Positions 1 to 11,997 of a DNA stretch of 64,000 nt are shown piece by piece (position 1 is the first letter of the stretch; the number at the start of each line of letters is the position of its first letter). This DNA is from Malacoraja senta (lineage: Eukaryota). The notes under the pieces are model-generated. The model saw nothing but the letters and a program-made list of their open reading frames with translations. It ran no database searches and was not told where the DNA came from. Position numbers and translations under genes: made by a program. Location of the stretch: NCBI GenBank assembly GCA_038087875.1, contig CM075995.1, forward strand, positions 5,396,001-5,460,000. The letters run 5' to 3'.

Positions 1-91
1 TCCACACAGGCATATGCATAAACATATATAAAAAAAACCAAGAATAGTGCAAAGAGACAAAACCAATTAGCCCAAGTCTATGCAGTTCAGA

Positions 92-1183
92 AGGTAGACA
101 AAAATGCTGGAGAAACTCAGCGGGTGCAGCAGCATCTATGGAGCGAAGGAAATAAGCAATGTTTCGGGCCGAAACCCTTCTTCAGACTGATAGGGGGTGG
201 GGGGTGGTGGGGGCGGGGAGAAGAAAGGAAAAAGGAGGAGGAGGAGCCCGAGGGCTGAGGGAGAGATAGGAAGGGGAGGAGACAGCAGGAGCTAACAAAA
301 TTGGGAGAATTCAATGTTCATGCCCCCAGGATGCAGACTCCCCAAGCAGAATATGAGGTGCTGTTCCTCCAATTTCCAGTGTTGCTCGCTCTGGCCATGG
401 AGGAGACCCAGGACAGAGAGGTCGGATACGGAATGGGAGGGGGGGTTGAAGTGCTGAGCCACCGGGAGGTCAGGTTGGTTATTACGGGACCGAGCGGAGG
501 TGTTCGGCGAAACGATCGCCAAGCCTCCGTTTGGTCTCACCGATGTAGATCAGCTGACATCTAGAGCAGCAGATGCAATAGATGAGGTTGGAGGAGATGC
601 AGGTGAACCTCTGTCGCACCTGGAACGACTGCTTGGGTCCTTGAATGGAGTCGAGGGGGGAGGTAAAGCGACAAGTGTAGCATCTCTTGCGGTTGCAAGG
701 GAAAGTGCCCGGGGAGGGGGGTTGTACGGGAGGGAAGGGAAGAATTGACAAGGGGAGTTACGGAGGGAGCGGTCTTTGCGGAAGGCAGACATGGGGGGAG
801 ATGGGAAGATGTGGCGAGTGGTGGGGTCACGTTGGAGGTGGCGAAACTGACTCCATGGCCAGAGCGAGCAACACCGGAAATTGGAGGAACAGCACCTCAT
901 ATTCCGCTTGGGGAGTCTGCATCCTGGGGGGCATGAACATTGAATTCTCCCAATTTTGTTAGCCCCTGCTGTCTCCTCCCCTTCCTATATCTCCCTCAGC
1001 CCTCTGGCTCCTCCTCCTCCTATTTCCTTTCTTCTCCCCCCCCCCCCCTATCCGTCTGATGAAGGGTTTCGGCCCGAAACGTTGCCTATTTCCTTCGCTC
1101 CATAGATGCTGCTGCACCCGCTGAGTTTCTCCAGCATTTTTGTGTACCTTCGATTTTCCAGCATCTGCAGTTCCTTCTTAAAC
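92..1183. mobile_element. Penelope-like element (PLE) 3' fragment in inverted arrangement: GIY-YIG remnant on minus (92-~850) plus inverted terminal part on plus (~851-1183)
   Basis: ORF 482..751(-) contains SSNLIYCICCSRCQLIYIGETKRRLGDRFAEH (GIY-YIG). 15-bp TSD tctatgcagttcaga at 77-91 and 1184-1198. Confidence 0.85.
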
Positions 1184-2483
1184 TCTATGCAGTTCAGAGC
1201 TTATTTGTAGTGTTTAATAGCCTTATTGCTGTAGGGAAGAACCTGTTCCTGGATGTGACAGTTTTCAGGCTCCTACATCTTCTTCCCGATGGCAGGAGTG
1301 AAATGAATGTGGCCAGGGTGGTGTGGGAAGCAACAGAGGCAGATGGGTTTAGACTTAGAGAATTACAGAGCTTGGAGGTTAATTATCACCATCGATTAAA
1401 ATCAAACGTGAACGAGAGATCAGAACAGGTGCGGATATATCGTCTTGGAAGGGAGCAGTGGTAGCATAGTTATTAAAATAGGGAGGGGTAGGACATGGAG
1501 AAATTCAAGATCACAGATTAGAACTGTAAATAGTGGACTGCAACACATATAGACCAGTGAATACAGGGGTGATGAGCAAAATGGGCTGGTTATGATGTTT
1601 GAGGAAACTGGATATCACCTCAGGAGGCAAGGTGAAAGGCTAACATTAATGACAGTCTCCAGTTAGGATTAAGAGGTGATTAGGATTAAGATATGGATGA
1701 GAAGAGTTTTTCATGAAAGAAAAGCTGAAACAGCATGGGGGAAGATGTGAGCAGACTTAGAGGGCTATCAGGAAGGGAATCAAATGCCAGCCTTACTAAA
1801 GGTTTGGACAGACACTCCCCGACATACTCACTCTTACATAAACAATTCCTAGTGTTTAGTTTAGTTAGTTTAGAGATACAGCGCAGAAACAGGCTCTTTG
1901 GCCCATTGACTCTGCGCCGACCAGCAATCCCTGCACGCTAATACTATCCTACACACACTGGGGACAATTTACAATTAATCCAAGCCAATTAACCTTTAAA
2001 CCTGGCATGGGGAGAATGTATAAAGTCTGTACAGACTGCATCTGTAGTTAGTATCGAACCCGGGTCTCTGAAGCTGTAAGTGTCAGATCATAGAATTCAA
2101 AAAGACAGCATGCTAGGAATTGTGAAGCACCCATTATATATCATTTTTAATCATATTGCCAAAAACAGAATCCAGACCTGGTCTTATGAATGGGATTATA
2201 TTAATATAGAATTACACTTTTCTTGGGGGATTCGGGAGAGGCAAGGAGATGAAATGCCACTCCACAATTCCAAAATTAGACTCCTATGACTGGAGACATC
2301 AATCAGCACCAATTACAGCCTCATTTTAGTAAGCTGTTAAATCTCAGTTACATGTCAATCAACAGGTTTTATACGTTCAACAATTTTCAAGATTAGAATA
2401 ATGTGCTGAATGTTGAAGTTCATGTCAAATTGCTGATTCTGTCTTGAGTTGATGTCATGAATATTTACTCTCTCATTCTCATA

Positions 2484-2868
2484 AGTCATAGAGAGTGACA
2501 CAGTGTGGAAACAGGCCCTTCGGCCCAACTTGCCCACACCGGCCAACATGTCCCAGCCACGGTAGTCCCACCTGCCCGCGTTTGGTCAATATCCCTCCAA
2601 ACCTGCCCTATCCATGTCCCTGTCTAACTGCTTCTTAAACGTTGGGATAGTCCCCAGCCTCAATTACCTCCTCTGGCTGCTTGTTCCATACATCCACCAC
2701 CCTTTGTGTGAAAAAATTACCCCTCAGATTCCTATTAAATCTTTTCCCCTTCACCTTACATCTATGTCGTCTGGTCCTCGATTCACCTACTCTGGGCAAG
2801 GAACTCTGTGCATCTATCCGATCTGTTCCTCTCATGATTTTATACACCTCCATAACATCACCCCTCAT
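2484..2868 (-). mobile_element. CR1-clade LINE 3' fragment
   Basis: ORF 2635..2874(-) RGD..EVYKIMRG...RGNFFTQRVVDVWN is the CR1 ORF2 C-terminus, followed by a typical 3' UTR. Confidence 0.8.
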
Positions 2869-3054
2869 AGTCAATGTGGTTTTGTGCGTGGGAGATCATG
2901 TCTCACGAATTTGATTGTGTTATTTGACCCCCTTAAACCAACAAAGATATATGAAATTTCCTTTTGAAATTTACTAATGAATTATCTTTTTTGCTTCTAG
3001 AGTGAACATTTTAGATCATGTTTTTTTAAATTGGCGCACCTTCTGTGAACACGT

Positions 3055-3159
3055 TTAAGAAAGAACTGCAGATGCTGGAAAAATCGAAGGTAGACAAAAA
3101 TGCTGGAGAAACTCAGTGGGTGAGACATGCAAGGTTTCTCCAGCATTTTTGTCTACCTT
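3055..3159. mobile_element. Short PLE-derived fold-back insertion
   Basis: Inverted copies of aaggtagacaaaaatgctggagaaac, flanked by the direct repeat ctgtgaacacgt. Confidence 0.75.
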
Positions 3160-3746
3160 CTGTGAACACGTGATTTGATGCCTGCCATCCGGGGCGGGAT
3201 GGGGGCGGGATCCATGTGTGCACGTGATAGATGTGCCCCGCCATCCGCTCACAGACATGTGTTCCGGCCCCTATGCAGACCAAGGTTGCCGACCCCTGCC
3301 TTAAAGCAATGTCCTCTGGTCCTCGATTCACCTGCTCAAGATTCTATAGTTGTCAATGTCATTAGGTTCCAATTCTGAAAATATATTGATAACAGTGTGG
3401 TGGGAAAAGGAACAGGGACTATATTGAATATTTTTGTAACTTTATCGACACACTTCACATCTCTTGCATGCTTGTACAGTATGCAAACAAAGAATCTCAC
3501 TGTACCATGTACACGTGACAATAAAGTATTAATCAATCAATCCATTTATTCCCCTTCGATTCCACTTTTTATACGTGTTTTCTACTACTCAGGCTTGGAG
3601 AGATATTATTATTTTTACAGAGGCAGACATTAGATTAGTTCAGTTTAGAGATACAGTGCGGAAACAGGCCCTTCGTCCCACCGAATCCGCACCGACCAGC
3701 GATCCCCATTACACTAGCACTATCCTACACACTAGGGACAATTTAC

Positions 3747-3889
3747 TTCTTCTTCTTCTTGCGTATGGCTTGCACAGCCTAAAGTTGTAGGACAACTTGT
3801 TATATTTGATCTTACTTGATTGTGCACGCCAGGTTGATTGCATTCGTCGAAACAGGGCGGACCACGTGAAGGTTGCAATCTCCCACCCC
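3747..3889 (-). mobile_element. 143-bp non-autonomous retroposon with HDV-like ribozyme head and (AAG)n tail
   Basis: 13-bp TSD agggacaatttac at 3734-3746 and 3890-3902. (AAG)n 3' tail. The 5' 54 nt fold as a nested double pseudoknot. Confidence 0.88.
3836..3889 (-). ncRNA. Minimal HDV-like self-cleaving ribozyme (predicted)
   Basis: GGGGUGG(P1)-GA-GAUUGCA(P2)-ACC(P3)-UUCACGU(L3)-GGU(P3')-CCGCCCU(P1')-G-UUUCGA-CGAA(J4/2)-UGCAAUC(P2'). All helices pair and there is a G1-U wobble at the cleavage site. Confidence 0.85.
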
Positions 3890-4052
3890 AGGGACAATTT
3901 ACAATTTTAACTAAAGCCAAATTAACCTACAAAACTGTACGTCTTTGGAGTGTGGGAGGGAACTGGAGCACACAGGGAAAAGCCTCGTGGACATGGGGAG
4001 AACGTACAAACTCTGTATAGACAGCACTCGTAGTCAGGATTGAACTCGTGTC

Positions 4053-5010
4053 AGGATTTGCTCTAGATGCCAGCTAATCTACATCGGTGAGACCAAGCGG
4101 AGGCTTGGCGATCGTTTCGCCGAACACCTCCGGTCGGTCCGCAATAACCAACCTGACCTCCCGGTGGCTCAGCACTTCAACTCCCCCCTCCCATTCCGTA
4201 TCTGACCTCTCTGTCCTGGGTCTCCTCCATGGCCACAGCGAGCAAACACCGTAAATTGGAGGGCAGTCCGCTTGGGCAGTATACATCCTGGGGGTACACA
4301 AAAATGCTGGAGAAACTCAGCGGGTGCAGCAGCATCTATGGAGCGAAAGGAAATAGGTAACGTTTCGGGCCGAAACCCTTCTTCAGACTGATAGGGGGGT
4401 GGGGAGAAGAAAGGAAAAAAGGAAAAGGAGGGAGGAGGAGCCCGAGGGCTGGGGGGAGGGGAGGAGACAACCAGATGGCTGATGAAGGGGAGGGGACAGC
4501 CAGGGCTAGCAGAATTGGGAGAATTCAACGTTCAGGCCACCAGGATGTAGACTGCCCAAGCGGAATATGAGGTGCATTTCCTCCAATTTACGGTGTTGCT
4601 CGCTGTGGCCATGGAGGAGACCCAGGACAGAGAGGTCAGATACGGAATGGGAGGGGGGAGTTTGAAGTGCTGAGCCACCGGGAGTTCAGGTTGGTTATTG
4701 CGGACCGACCGGAGGTGTTCGGCGAAACGATCGCCAAGCCTCCGCTTGGTCTCACCTGGGGGGCTTGAACATTGAATTCTCCCAATTCTGCTAGCCCTTG
4801 CTGTCCCCTCCCCTTCATCAGCCCTCTGGTTGTCTCCTCCCCTTCCCCCAGCCCTCGGGCTCCTCCTCCGCCTTTTTCCTTTTTTTCCTTTCTTCTCCCC
4901 ACCCCCCCTATCAGTCTGAAGAAGGGTTTCGGCCCGAAACGTTACCTATTTCCTTCGCTCCATAGATGCTGCTGCACCCGCTGAGTTTCTCCAGCATTTT
5001 TGTGTGCCTT
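4053..5010. mobile_element. Rearranged PLE 3' fragments (plus/minus/plus)
   Basis: YIGETKRRLGDRFAEH coding remnants on both strands. TSD tgaactcgtgtc at 4041-4052 and 5011-5022. Confidence 0.8.
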
Positions 5011-5174
5011 TGAACTCGTGTCTCTGGCACTGTAAGACTGCTGCACCACTGCTGCATCGTGCATCACCACTGCTGCATCTGTGATATCCAAGGTCTCAGT
5101 GTGTGCTTAGCAATACCCAGTCGACAACACTGAGATATCGTTAACACTAAACACAACCACACTGGGATATTAGC

Positions 5175-5655
5175 TCGTAGAGCCGCTGCCTCACAGCACC
5201 AGAGATCCGGGTTCAATCCTAACCTCGGGTGCTGTCTGTGTGGAATTTGTACATTCTCCCTGTGACTGCCTGGGTTTCCTCCGGGTGCTCCAGTTTCCTC
5301 CTACATCCCAACGCCGTGTGGGTTTGTAGGTTGAATGGCCTCTGTAAATTGCCTGGAGTGTCAGGAGGGGAAGCCAATGTGGATGACATGGAACTATGGG
5401 GTGGTACGGTGGCGCAGCGGTAGAGTTGCTGCCTTAGAGCGCCAGAAAACCGGGTTCAATCCTGTCTACAGGTGCTATCTGTACTGAGTTTGTACGTTCT
5501 CCCCATGACCTCGTGGGTTTTCCCCGGGTGCTCCGGTTTCCCTCCGCACTCCAAAGACAAGCAGGTTCGTAGGTTAATTTGGCTTTGCTGGTCGGCGCGG
5601 ACTTGGTGGGCTGAAGGGCCTGTTTCTGCGCTGTATCTCTAGAACTAAAAATTAA
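5175..5655 (+). mobile_element. Two adjacent tRNA-derived SINE copies
   Basis: A-box-like tggcgcagcggt and B-box-like ggttcaatcc, followed by the shared SINE body. Confidence 0.8.
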
Positions 5656-5724
5656 AATGTCACCTTTACGTTGATTGTTGAGCTAAAACTCTCCTGGTTC
5701 CAGACTTCATGCTATGAGCTTTGC

Positions 5725-6012
5725 ATTGTTTAAGAATAAGGGGTAGGCCATTTAGGACTGAGATGAGGAAAAACTTTTTCACCCAGAGAGTTGTGAATCT
5801 GTGGAATTCTCTGCCACAGAAGGCAGTGGAGGCCAATTCACTGGATGTTTTCAAGAGAGAGTTAGATATAGCTCTTAGGGTTAACAGAATCAAGGGATAT
5901 GGGGAGAAAGCAGGAAAGGGGTATTGATTTTGGATGATCAGCCATGATTATATTGCATGGCTTGAAGGGCCAAATGGCCTACTCCTGCACCTATTTTATA
6001 TGTTTCTATGTC
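5725..6012 (+). mobile_element. CR1 LINE 3' end
   Basis: LRIRGRPFRTEMRKNFFTQRVVNLWNSLPQ plus a 3' UTR ending in tttctatg repeats. Confidence 0.85.
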
Positions 6013-7104
6013 TATCTCAAAAGTTTGCCAGAACTCAATAGATTGTACTCTGTCCCACATTTGGTTTCGCTGAACCCATTACCCCACTAACCCTACCTCC
6101 GGCCTCACCCGCGTACAATGATTCATGTTCTCTCGACATTTCTGATTCTCCTTGCCGTTTTGCCCACTACAAACAAACAAAGTTAAAAAAAAACAGTTCT
6201 TCAAGCCTGCTACATGTTCATAATGCCTGGAGAATCGTGACAACACAGCTTCCACCACCCACTCACCTTTGGCAGAAACAAAAGCCCATGGCACATCACC
6301 AAGAAAACAAATTCTGTAAATGCGGTGACTGAAATCAGTCCAGGGCTTCACATGAACCAAATGACTCAACCCACCCCTGCAGCCATTTAAAGCCTGGAAT
6401 TTGCTATATTGTAGAGGTGTGAAGGCCAGATCATTGGGGCATTTAAAGGGGAAGTAGCTAAATTTTTTGCTTGATCAAGGAATTGAGGGTTCTGAGGAAT
6501 GGGCACAAAAGAGTTGAGGCCATCATGTTCGTAAGTGATAGGAGCAGAATTAGGCCATTAGGCCCATCAAGTCTACTACGGCGTATCTAATGGCTGATCT
6601 ATCTTTCCCTCTTAACCTCATTCTCCTGCCTTCTCCCCATAACCCCTGACACCCGTACTAATCAAGAATCTATCTATCTCTGCCTTAAAAATATCAATTG
6701 ACTTGGCCTCCACAGCCTTCTGATCACAATGAAGGACGTACAGGCCCGAGGGGCCGAGCGGCCTATTCCTGCTCCTAGTTTTCTTCTGTTTTTATATTGT
6801 TCATCTCTCAAATACACAGGCGTTTGGTTTCAGGACTTCTGTTCCCTTTCAATGGTTCAAAGGTTCACTATTATCACGTGTACCTAGGTATAATGAAAAT
6901 TCCTTTCCTGCATATAGTTCAGTAAACAACGTACTATATGTAGGCACAATCATACTTAAGTGGAAGAGTGTAAGAATAGTAGATCACATTATGCCAGTAC
7001 ACAAGAGTTGCTATATCTCCGGTGCTCTTGTATCCTTCACGTTCAAAGTTGTGTCTTGAGCCAGTTCACGGACCCGCCAGCTGCCTGTCACTTCTGCGGC
7101 GAGG

Positions 7105-7580
7105 AAGAGACCGTGTTCCACGTCTAAGTGAAGTGTGAGAGGTTGCAGCCCCTGTTCGAATATCTGAAGGGGCTGCTCCTCAAGTTTTGGTTATATTTTA
7201 GCCCGACGCTCCTGATATTTGGGCACCCGGTACAGAGGGGGAAAGGTTGGGAGGGGGGGGAGCAGGGGGTTCCCCCTGTCAGTTTGCTCCTGGGCCTGGC
7301 CAAGATGGCCATTCATGGATCCAGGCAGTGGGTAGTCGACGGCCACACTGGGGTCGGCTGCCTGCCCCTTTTCCGGGCCTACGTCCGTGCCCGCGTACGA
7401 GAGGGAACATGTTGTGTCCACGGGGATTTTGGAGGCCTTCCATGAACGCTGGTCGCCGCAGGAGGTCGAGTGTCATATTGATAATGTTGACGGTATTTTA
7501 ATTTGATAACTGTTTGTTTGGAAACTGCCAATACATAGGCAGTTTTTGATCGTGTTACATTTTTGTATTGTTCTGAATAA
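7105..7580 (+). mobile_element. Tx1/L1-clade LINE 3' fragment
   Basis: ORF 7128..7445 CERLQPLFEYLKGLLLKFWLYFSPTLLIFGHP...LLLGLAKMAI resembles a Tx1 ORF2 C-terminus. T-rich 3' UTR ending aataa. Confidence 0.65.
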
Positions 7581-7814
7581 CAGGGTTGGACACACTATGG
7601 ACAATTTACAGAGGCCAATTCACCATTCAACATACACATCTTTGGGATGTGAGAGGAACCCCACGCAGTCACAGAACGCGCAAACTCCACAGAGACTGCA
7701 CCTGAGGTCAGGATCGAACCTGGGTCTGGGGCGCTGTGAGGCAACTGCTCTACCTGCTGTACCACTGCAGCACCCTGTTTTCCGTGCTAAATCTACTCCC
7801 TCATGAAATTCTTG

Positions 7815-8430
7815 AATGAGTCACATGTAGGTCGGTGAAGAAGGCTTCATCAGGCAGGATACTGAGTATAGAAGTTGGGATGTTATGTTACAAGTCGTTG
7901 ATGAGGTCACAATTGGAGTGTTGTGTTCTGCTTTGGTCACCCTGCAGTAAGGGAATGTGTTGCTAAGCTGGAAAGAGCGCACAGAGGAATTACAGGGGAT
8001 GTGGCCTAGACTTGAGGGTCCGAGTTACTGGGAAAGTTTGGGCAGGCTACAACTTTATTCTTTGGAGCGCAGAAGGATGAAGGGTGATCTTATAGACATG
8101 TATAAGATCATGAGGGTAATAGATAGAGTAGATGCACCCAGAGTCAGGGAATCAGGAACCCGAGGAAATAGGTTTAAAGTGAGAGGGGAAGGATTTAATA
8201 GGAATCTGAAGGGTGAACTTTTTCACACAGAGTGGTGTTTTTTTTTTGAATTTGCAGCCAGAAGAGGTAGTTGATGCAGATACAACAGCAACATTTAAAA
8301 AGATATTTGGACAGGAAAGGTTTAGAGGGATAGGGACCAAACGCGAGCAGGTGGGACTAGTGTAGATGGGGCAGCTTGGTCGGCGGTGGCAAGTTGGGCT
8401 GAGGAGCCTGTTTCTGTGCTGTATGACTAT
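7815..8430 (+). mobile_element. Degenerate CR1 LINE 3' part
   Basis: LYSLERRRMKGDLIDMYKIMR motif and CR1 3' UTR. Confidence 0.8.
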
Positions 8431-9559
8431 AATTCTAGGAGTCCAACTCCACTGTCCATTCCAGGCTGCTGCATAAGTAAGCTATAGTTAGTAAGTCTGA
8501 AGAAGGATCTCGACCCGAAATGTCACCCATTCCTTCTCTCCACAGATGCTGCCTGTCCCGCTGAGTTACTCCAGCATTTAGTGTCTATACGCTGCATAGT
8601 GTAAGCTATTTCTTACAGCACCCTTGTGCTTTGGCTCCTTTTACTGCCACCAGAAATTAATGTCCAAATTCTCAACCGGCAACGTGGGATTTGAACTCAC
8701 TCTATCCGACCTGCGTGCTCAAGCGTTTGTATTACCGCCAAGGCATTATGCCTCCCAAGTCTATCCTCGCTGTATGCATTCAGCCTGTGAATACATATTG
8801 GTTTCCAAAAGCTGCAAGATCCCCTGGTGCTCTCGGAATTTGCGAGGCTTTACTTGTTAAGCTATGCCTCTTCATGTGCATCAGCCACACATTTCAGAGT
8901 ATTTCCATTCCAATCGTTTGTCTGCACTCAGCGTGACAGCACGATTCGCTCTAGGATTCATCACCTTTGGCGTTAAAGAAACAGCACGGCAGCTTTCACA
9001 CGGAACCAAGCCAATTTCGGAGCTGAATTAACGATTTGGGAGCTGTAATGAAAGGGGCCCAGGTGAGACAAAATGGCAGCAACCCTCCAAGCAGGATTGT
9101 GGATGATTGGATCATTATTACTGCACAAATCAGCAGCTGCTGCCAGCTAACTCAAGGTAAAGGATTAACTAAACCGCTGGGTAAAGGCAAAGGAAAGGAA
9201 GGTAAAGGAAGGATTTATTCATATTCTTTCATCATTGATGAAGCACAATTCCATTTGTTTATGTATCGGAGGTTGAGGGGACACCTGATAGAGGTAACTA
9301 AAATCATGAGAGTTATGGGGAACCCTTTTTGTCAAAGACCAGAAGACATCTTTACAATGGACCTCGTTACTGTGAAATGTTACTTTAGTTTGCTAAAATA
9401 AACTAAACTGAGAGTCAGGCTCAGCCCTAAAAAGACTCCGAAGACCACTGAAGCTGTGGTGTTCATCCAAAAGCACTCGGGTAGTATAGTAAAATAAAAG
9501 GACTATTTAATTTTTCTTGAAGTTAAAGTGGTTGGAAACATTCACAACTTTCCCCACAC

Positions 9560-10597
9560 ATCTCCATTACACTTTTTCCCCTCTCACCTTATAGCTATGC
9601 CCTCTAATGTTGGACATTTCCACCATGGGAAAAGGATTCTCACTGTCTACCCCACTCATAATGTTATATACATCTATCAAGTCTTCCCCCAACCTCTGAC
9701 GTTCCAGAGAAGCTAGGTTCAGTGGAACCTTAAACCTATGTCCCCTGGTTCTTGATTTCCCTACCCTGGAATAAAAAACTCTGGCATTTACCCTATCAAT
9801 TCCCCTCGTGATTTTATACACCTCTACAAAATCACACCCCTCAGCCTACTGTGCTCCAAGGAATGAAGTTCTAGCCTGCCTAACCTCTCCCTATAGCTCG
9901 GGCCCTCAAATCCTAGCAAACTCCTTGTAAATTTTTCAAGCTTAATATCATCTTTCCTATGGTAGGTTCACTAAAAGTGCGGCCTCACCACCGTCTTGTA
10001 GAACTGCAACATCAGCACTCAATTACCTGACCGATGAAGGCCAGCGTGCCAAACCCTTCTTCACGACCCCTATCTACCCCTGAGGACACTTTTAAGGAAC
10101 GATGTATCGATACCCCAGGATCACTCTACTCTACAGCACACCCCAGGGTCATACTGTTCAATGTGAAGTTCTTGCTCTGGTCTGACTTCCAAAAATACCA
10201 CACCTCACACTTATGGTGGTGTATATGATTTTATAGAGGCGTATAAAATCATGAGAGGAATAGATCGGGTAGATGGGCAGAGTCTCTGGCCCAGAATAGG
10301 GGAATCGAGGACCAGAGGACATAGGTTCAAGGTGAAGGGAAAAAGATTTAACAGACATCTGAGGGGGTAACTTTTTCACACAAAGGGTGTGAGTGTACGG
10401 AATGAGCTGCCAGAGGAGGTAGTTGAGGCTGGGGCTATCCCAATGTTTAAGAAACAGATACGGTACATGGATAGGACAGGTTTGGAGGGATATGGACCAA
10501 GTGCAGACAGGTGAGACTAGTGTAGCTGAGACATGTTGGCCGGTGTGGGCAAGTTGGACCGAAGGGCCTGTTTCCACACTGTATCACTCTATGACTC
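9560..10597. mobile_element. CR1 composite: old minus-strand fragments (to ~10210) joined to a plus-strand CR1 3' end (~10225-10597)
   Basis: CR1 ORF2 motifs on both strands. The same junction recurs at ~32470-32510. Confidence 0.75.
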
Positions 10598-11438
10598 TGC
10601 TGCGAGAGCACTTTCAAATGTTACACCTGGAACCTGTTGGGTGATCACAGAAGATTCTTTGGCAGTATTTTGATGAATCTCAACAGAATTAGCTCCAACT
10701 AACTTGGTGGTATTTACCTTTCCATTACTTTTACAGGAACAGATTTACTGCTTGTTATTATTTTGTAGTTTTGTGGGGCTTTACAATGTCCTATACTCTG
10801 ATTTCTCTAATTTCAAGTAACCCAAGCATTCCCTCCTTCCTCCCTCCCTCCCCCACCCTCCTAGTTCCATTGTTCGCATCTCCATATCCCTTCGTTATCA
10901 CCTCTTCCCCAGCCAACAATGGGCCATTAAGGGCTCCACCCTACCTTGGTCATCTATTGCCGGCCATGATTTCTTCTGGCCTTTTCCTACCTCCAGACTT
11001 GCTTTACTTTCTCTTTTAAATGAAGAAAAAATCATTTTGGATGGCCTGATGAAAATTGTATCATTATTCAAGAAGCTTAAGTAAATTCTATTAATACCAC
11101 CGGGACAACTCATCTAAAGAAATGTTAATACCTTAAATGAAGGTTAAGGACATTGCAGGCAGATAAATAGGACGTGATCAAGATAAACATAGAAAATAGG
11201 TGCAGGAGTAGGCATTTGGCCCTTCGAACCATTCAATATGATCATGGGTGATCATCCAAAATCAGTACCCCGTTCCTGCTTTTCCCCCCATATCCCTTCC
11301 CTTAACCCTTAGAGCTAAATCTAACTCTCTCTTGGAAACTAAGATTTGCATTTAAGTTCTCCACTCTCTGCTTAATCCATTGCATTAATACTCATTAAAG
11401 TAGGAACCTAAATATACCCATTGAGCAGAAGAGTGTAA

Positions 11439-11746
11439 AGCCCCTGTCCCACTTTCCCGAGTTACTCACAAATTCTCCCGAGTTTTCCCCTTGATTCAAA
11501 CTCGGAGAATTATGGTAATAGCCAGCCGCAGGTACTCGGGGCTATATTTTTAAACTCGTGGACATTTTTCAACATGCTGAAAAACGTCCCAACTTACCTG
11601 ATGCCACCAGTACCTACGGCTGGCATTCCAAGCCGCTACGAAATATCTACAGACTCGCTATTGACTCCTACGGACATTCTCTGAGTTTGAATCAAGGGGA
11701 AACTCGGGAGAATTCGTGAGTAACTCGGGAAAGTGGGACAGGGGCT
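11439..11746. mobile_element. PIF/Harbinger-type MITE, near-palindromic
   Basis: TIR AGCCCCTGTCCCACTTTCCCGAGTTACTCAC... of at least 70 bp. Flanks are TAA/TTA. Confidence 0.8.
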
Positions 11747-11997
11747 TTAAGCTTCATATTCTTATCCCCTTGCCCTTAAACTCCCTCAAGATTAAACAGA
11801 TAAAATCATTTTGGCTTTATGCCCTGAATGAGAATGTTTGGCTATCCAAACAACAGAAACTAAAGAAAGTTGCAAAATATGGTGATTATCACCTCCCCCA
11901 TTCATTCTTGGCCTATTTGGTGGGATGCTATATTTTAAATGAAAGATTATGCTACTGAAGGCACCGAAGAGTGCTGTTCATAGAAAAATGCATACTA

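Larger units (their letters stand above)
3630..5052 (-). mobile_element. tRNA-derived SINE (HE1/V-SINE-like), interrupted by two younger insertions (3747-3889 and ~4053-5010)
   Basis: Matches the SINE consensus repeated about 20 times in the window. Both interruptions have TSDs. Confidence 0.8.

Noticed and set aside
3172..3297. Complete hAT element ending aaggttgccgacccctg
   Set aside because: Only one TIR-like end is visible; no partner TIR or TSD was found.
5398..5475. tRNA gene
   Set aside because: A/B boxes are present but it continues into a SINE body repeated many times, with no clean cloverleaf.
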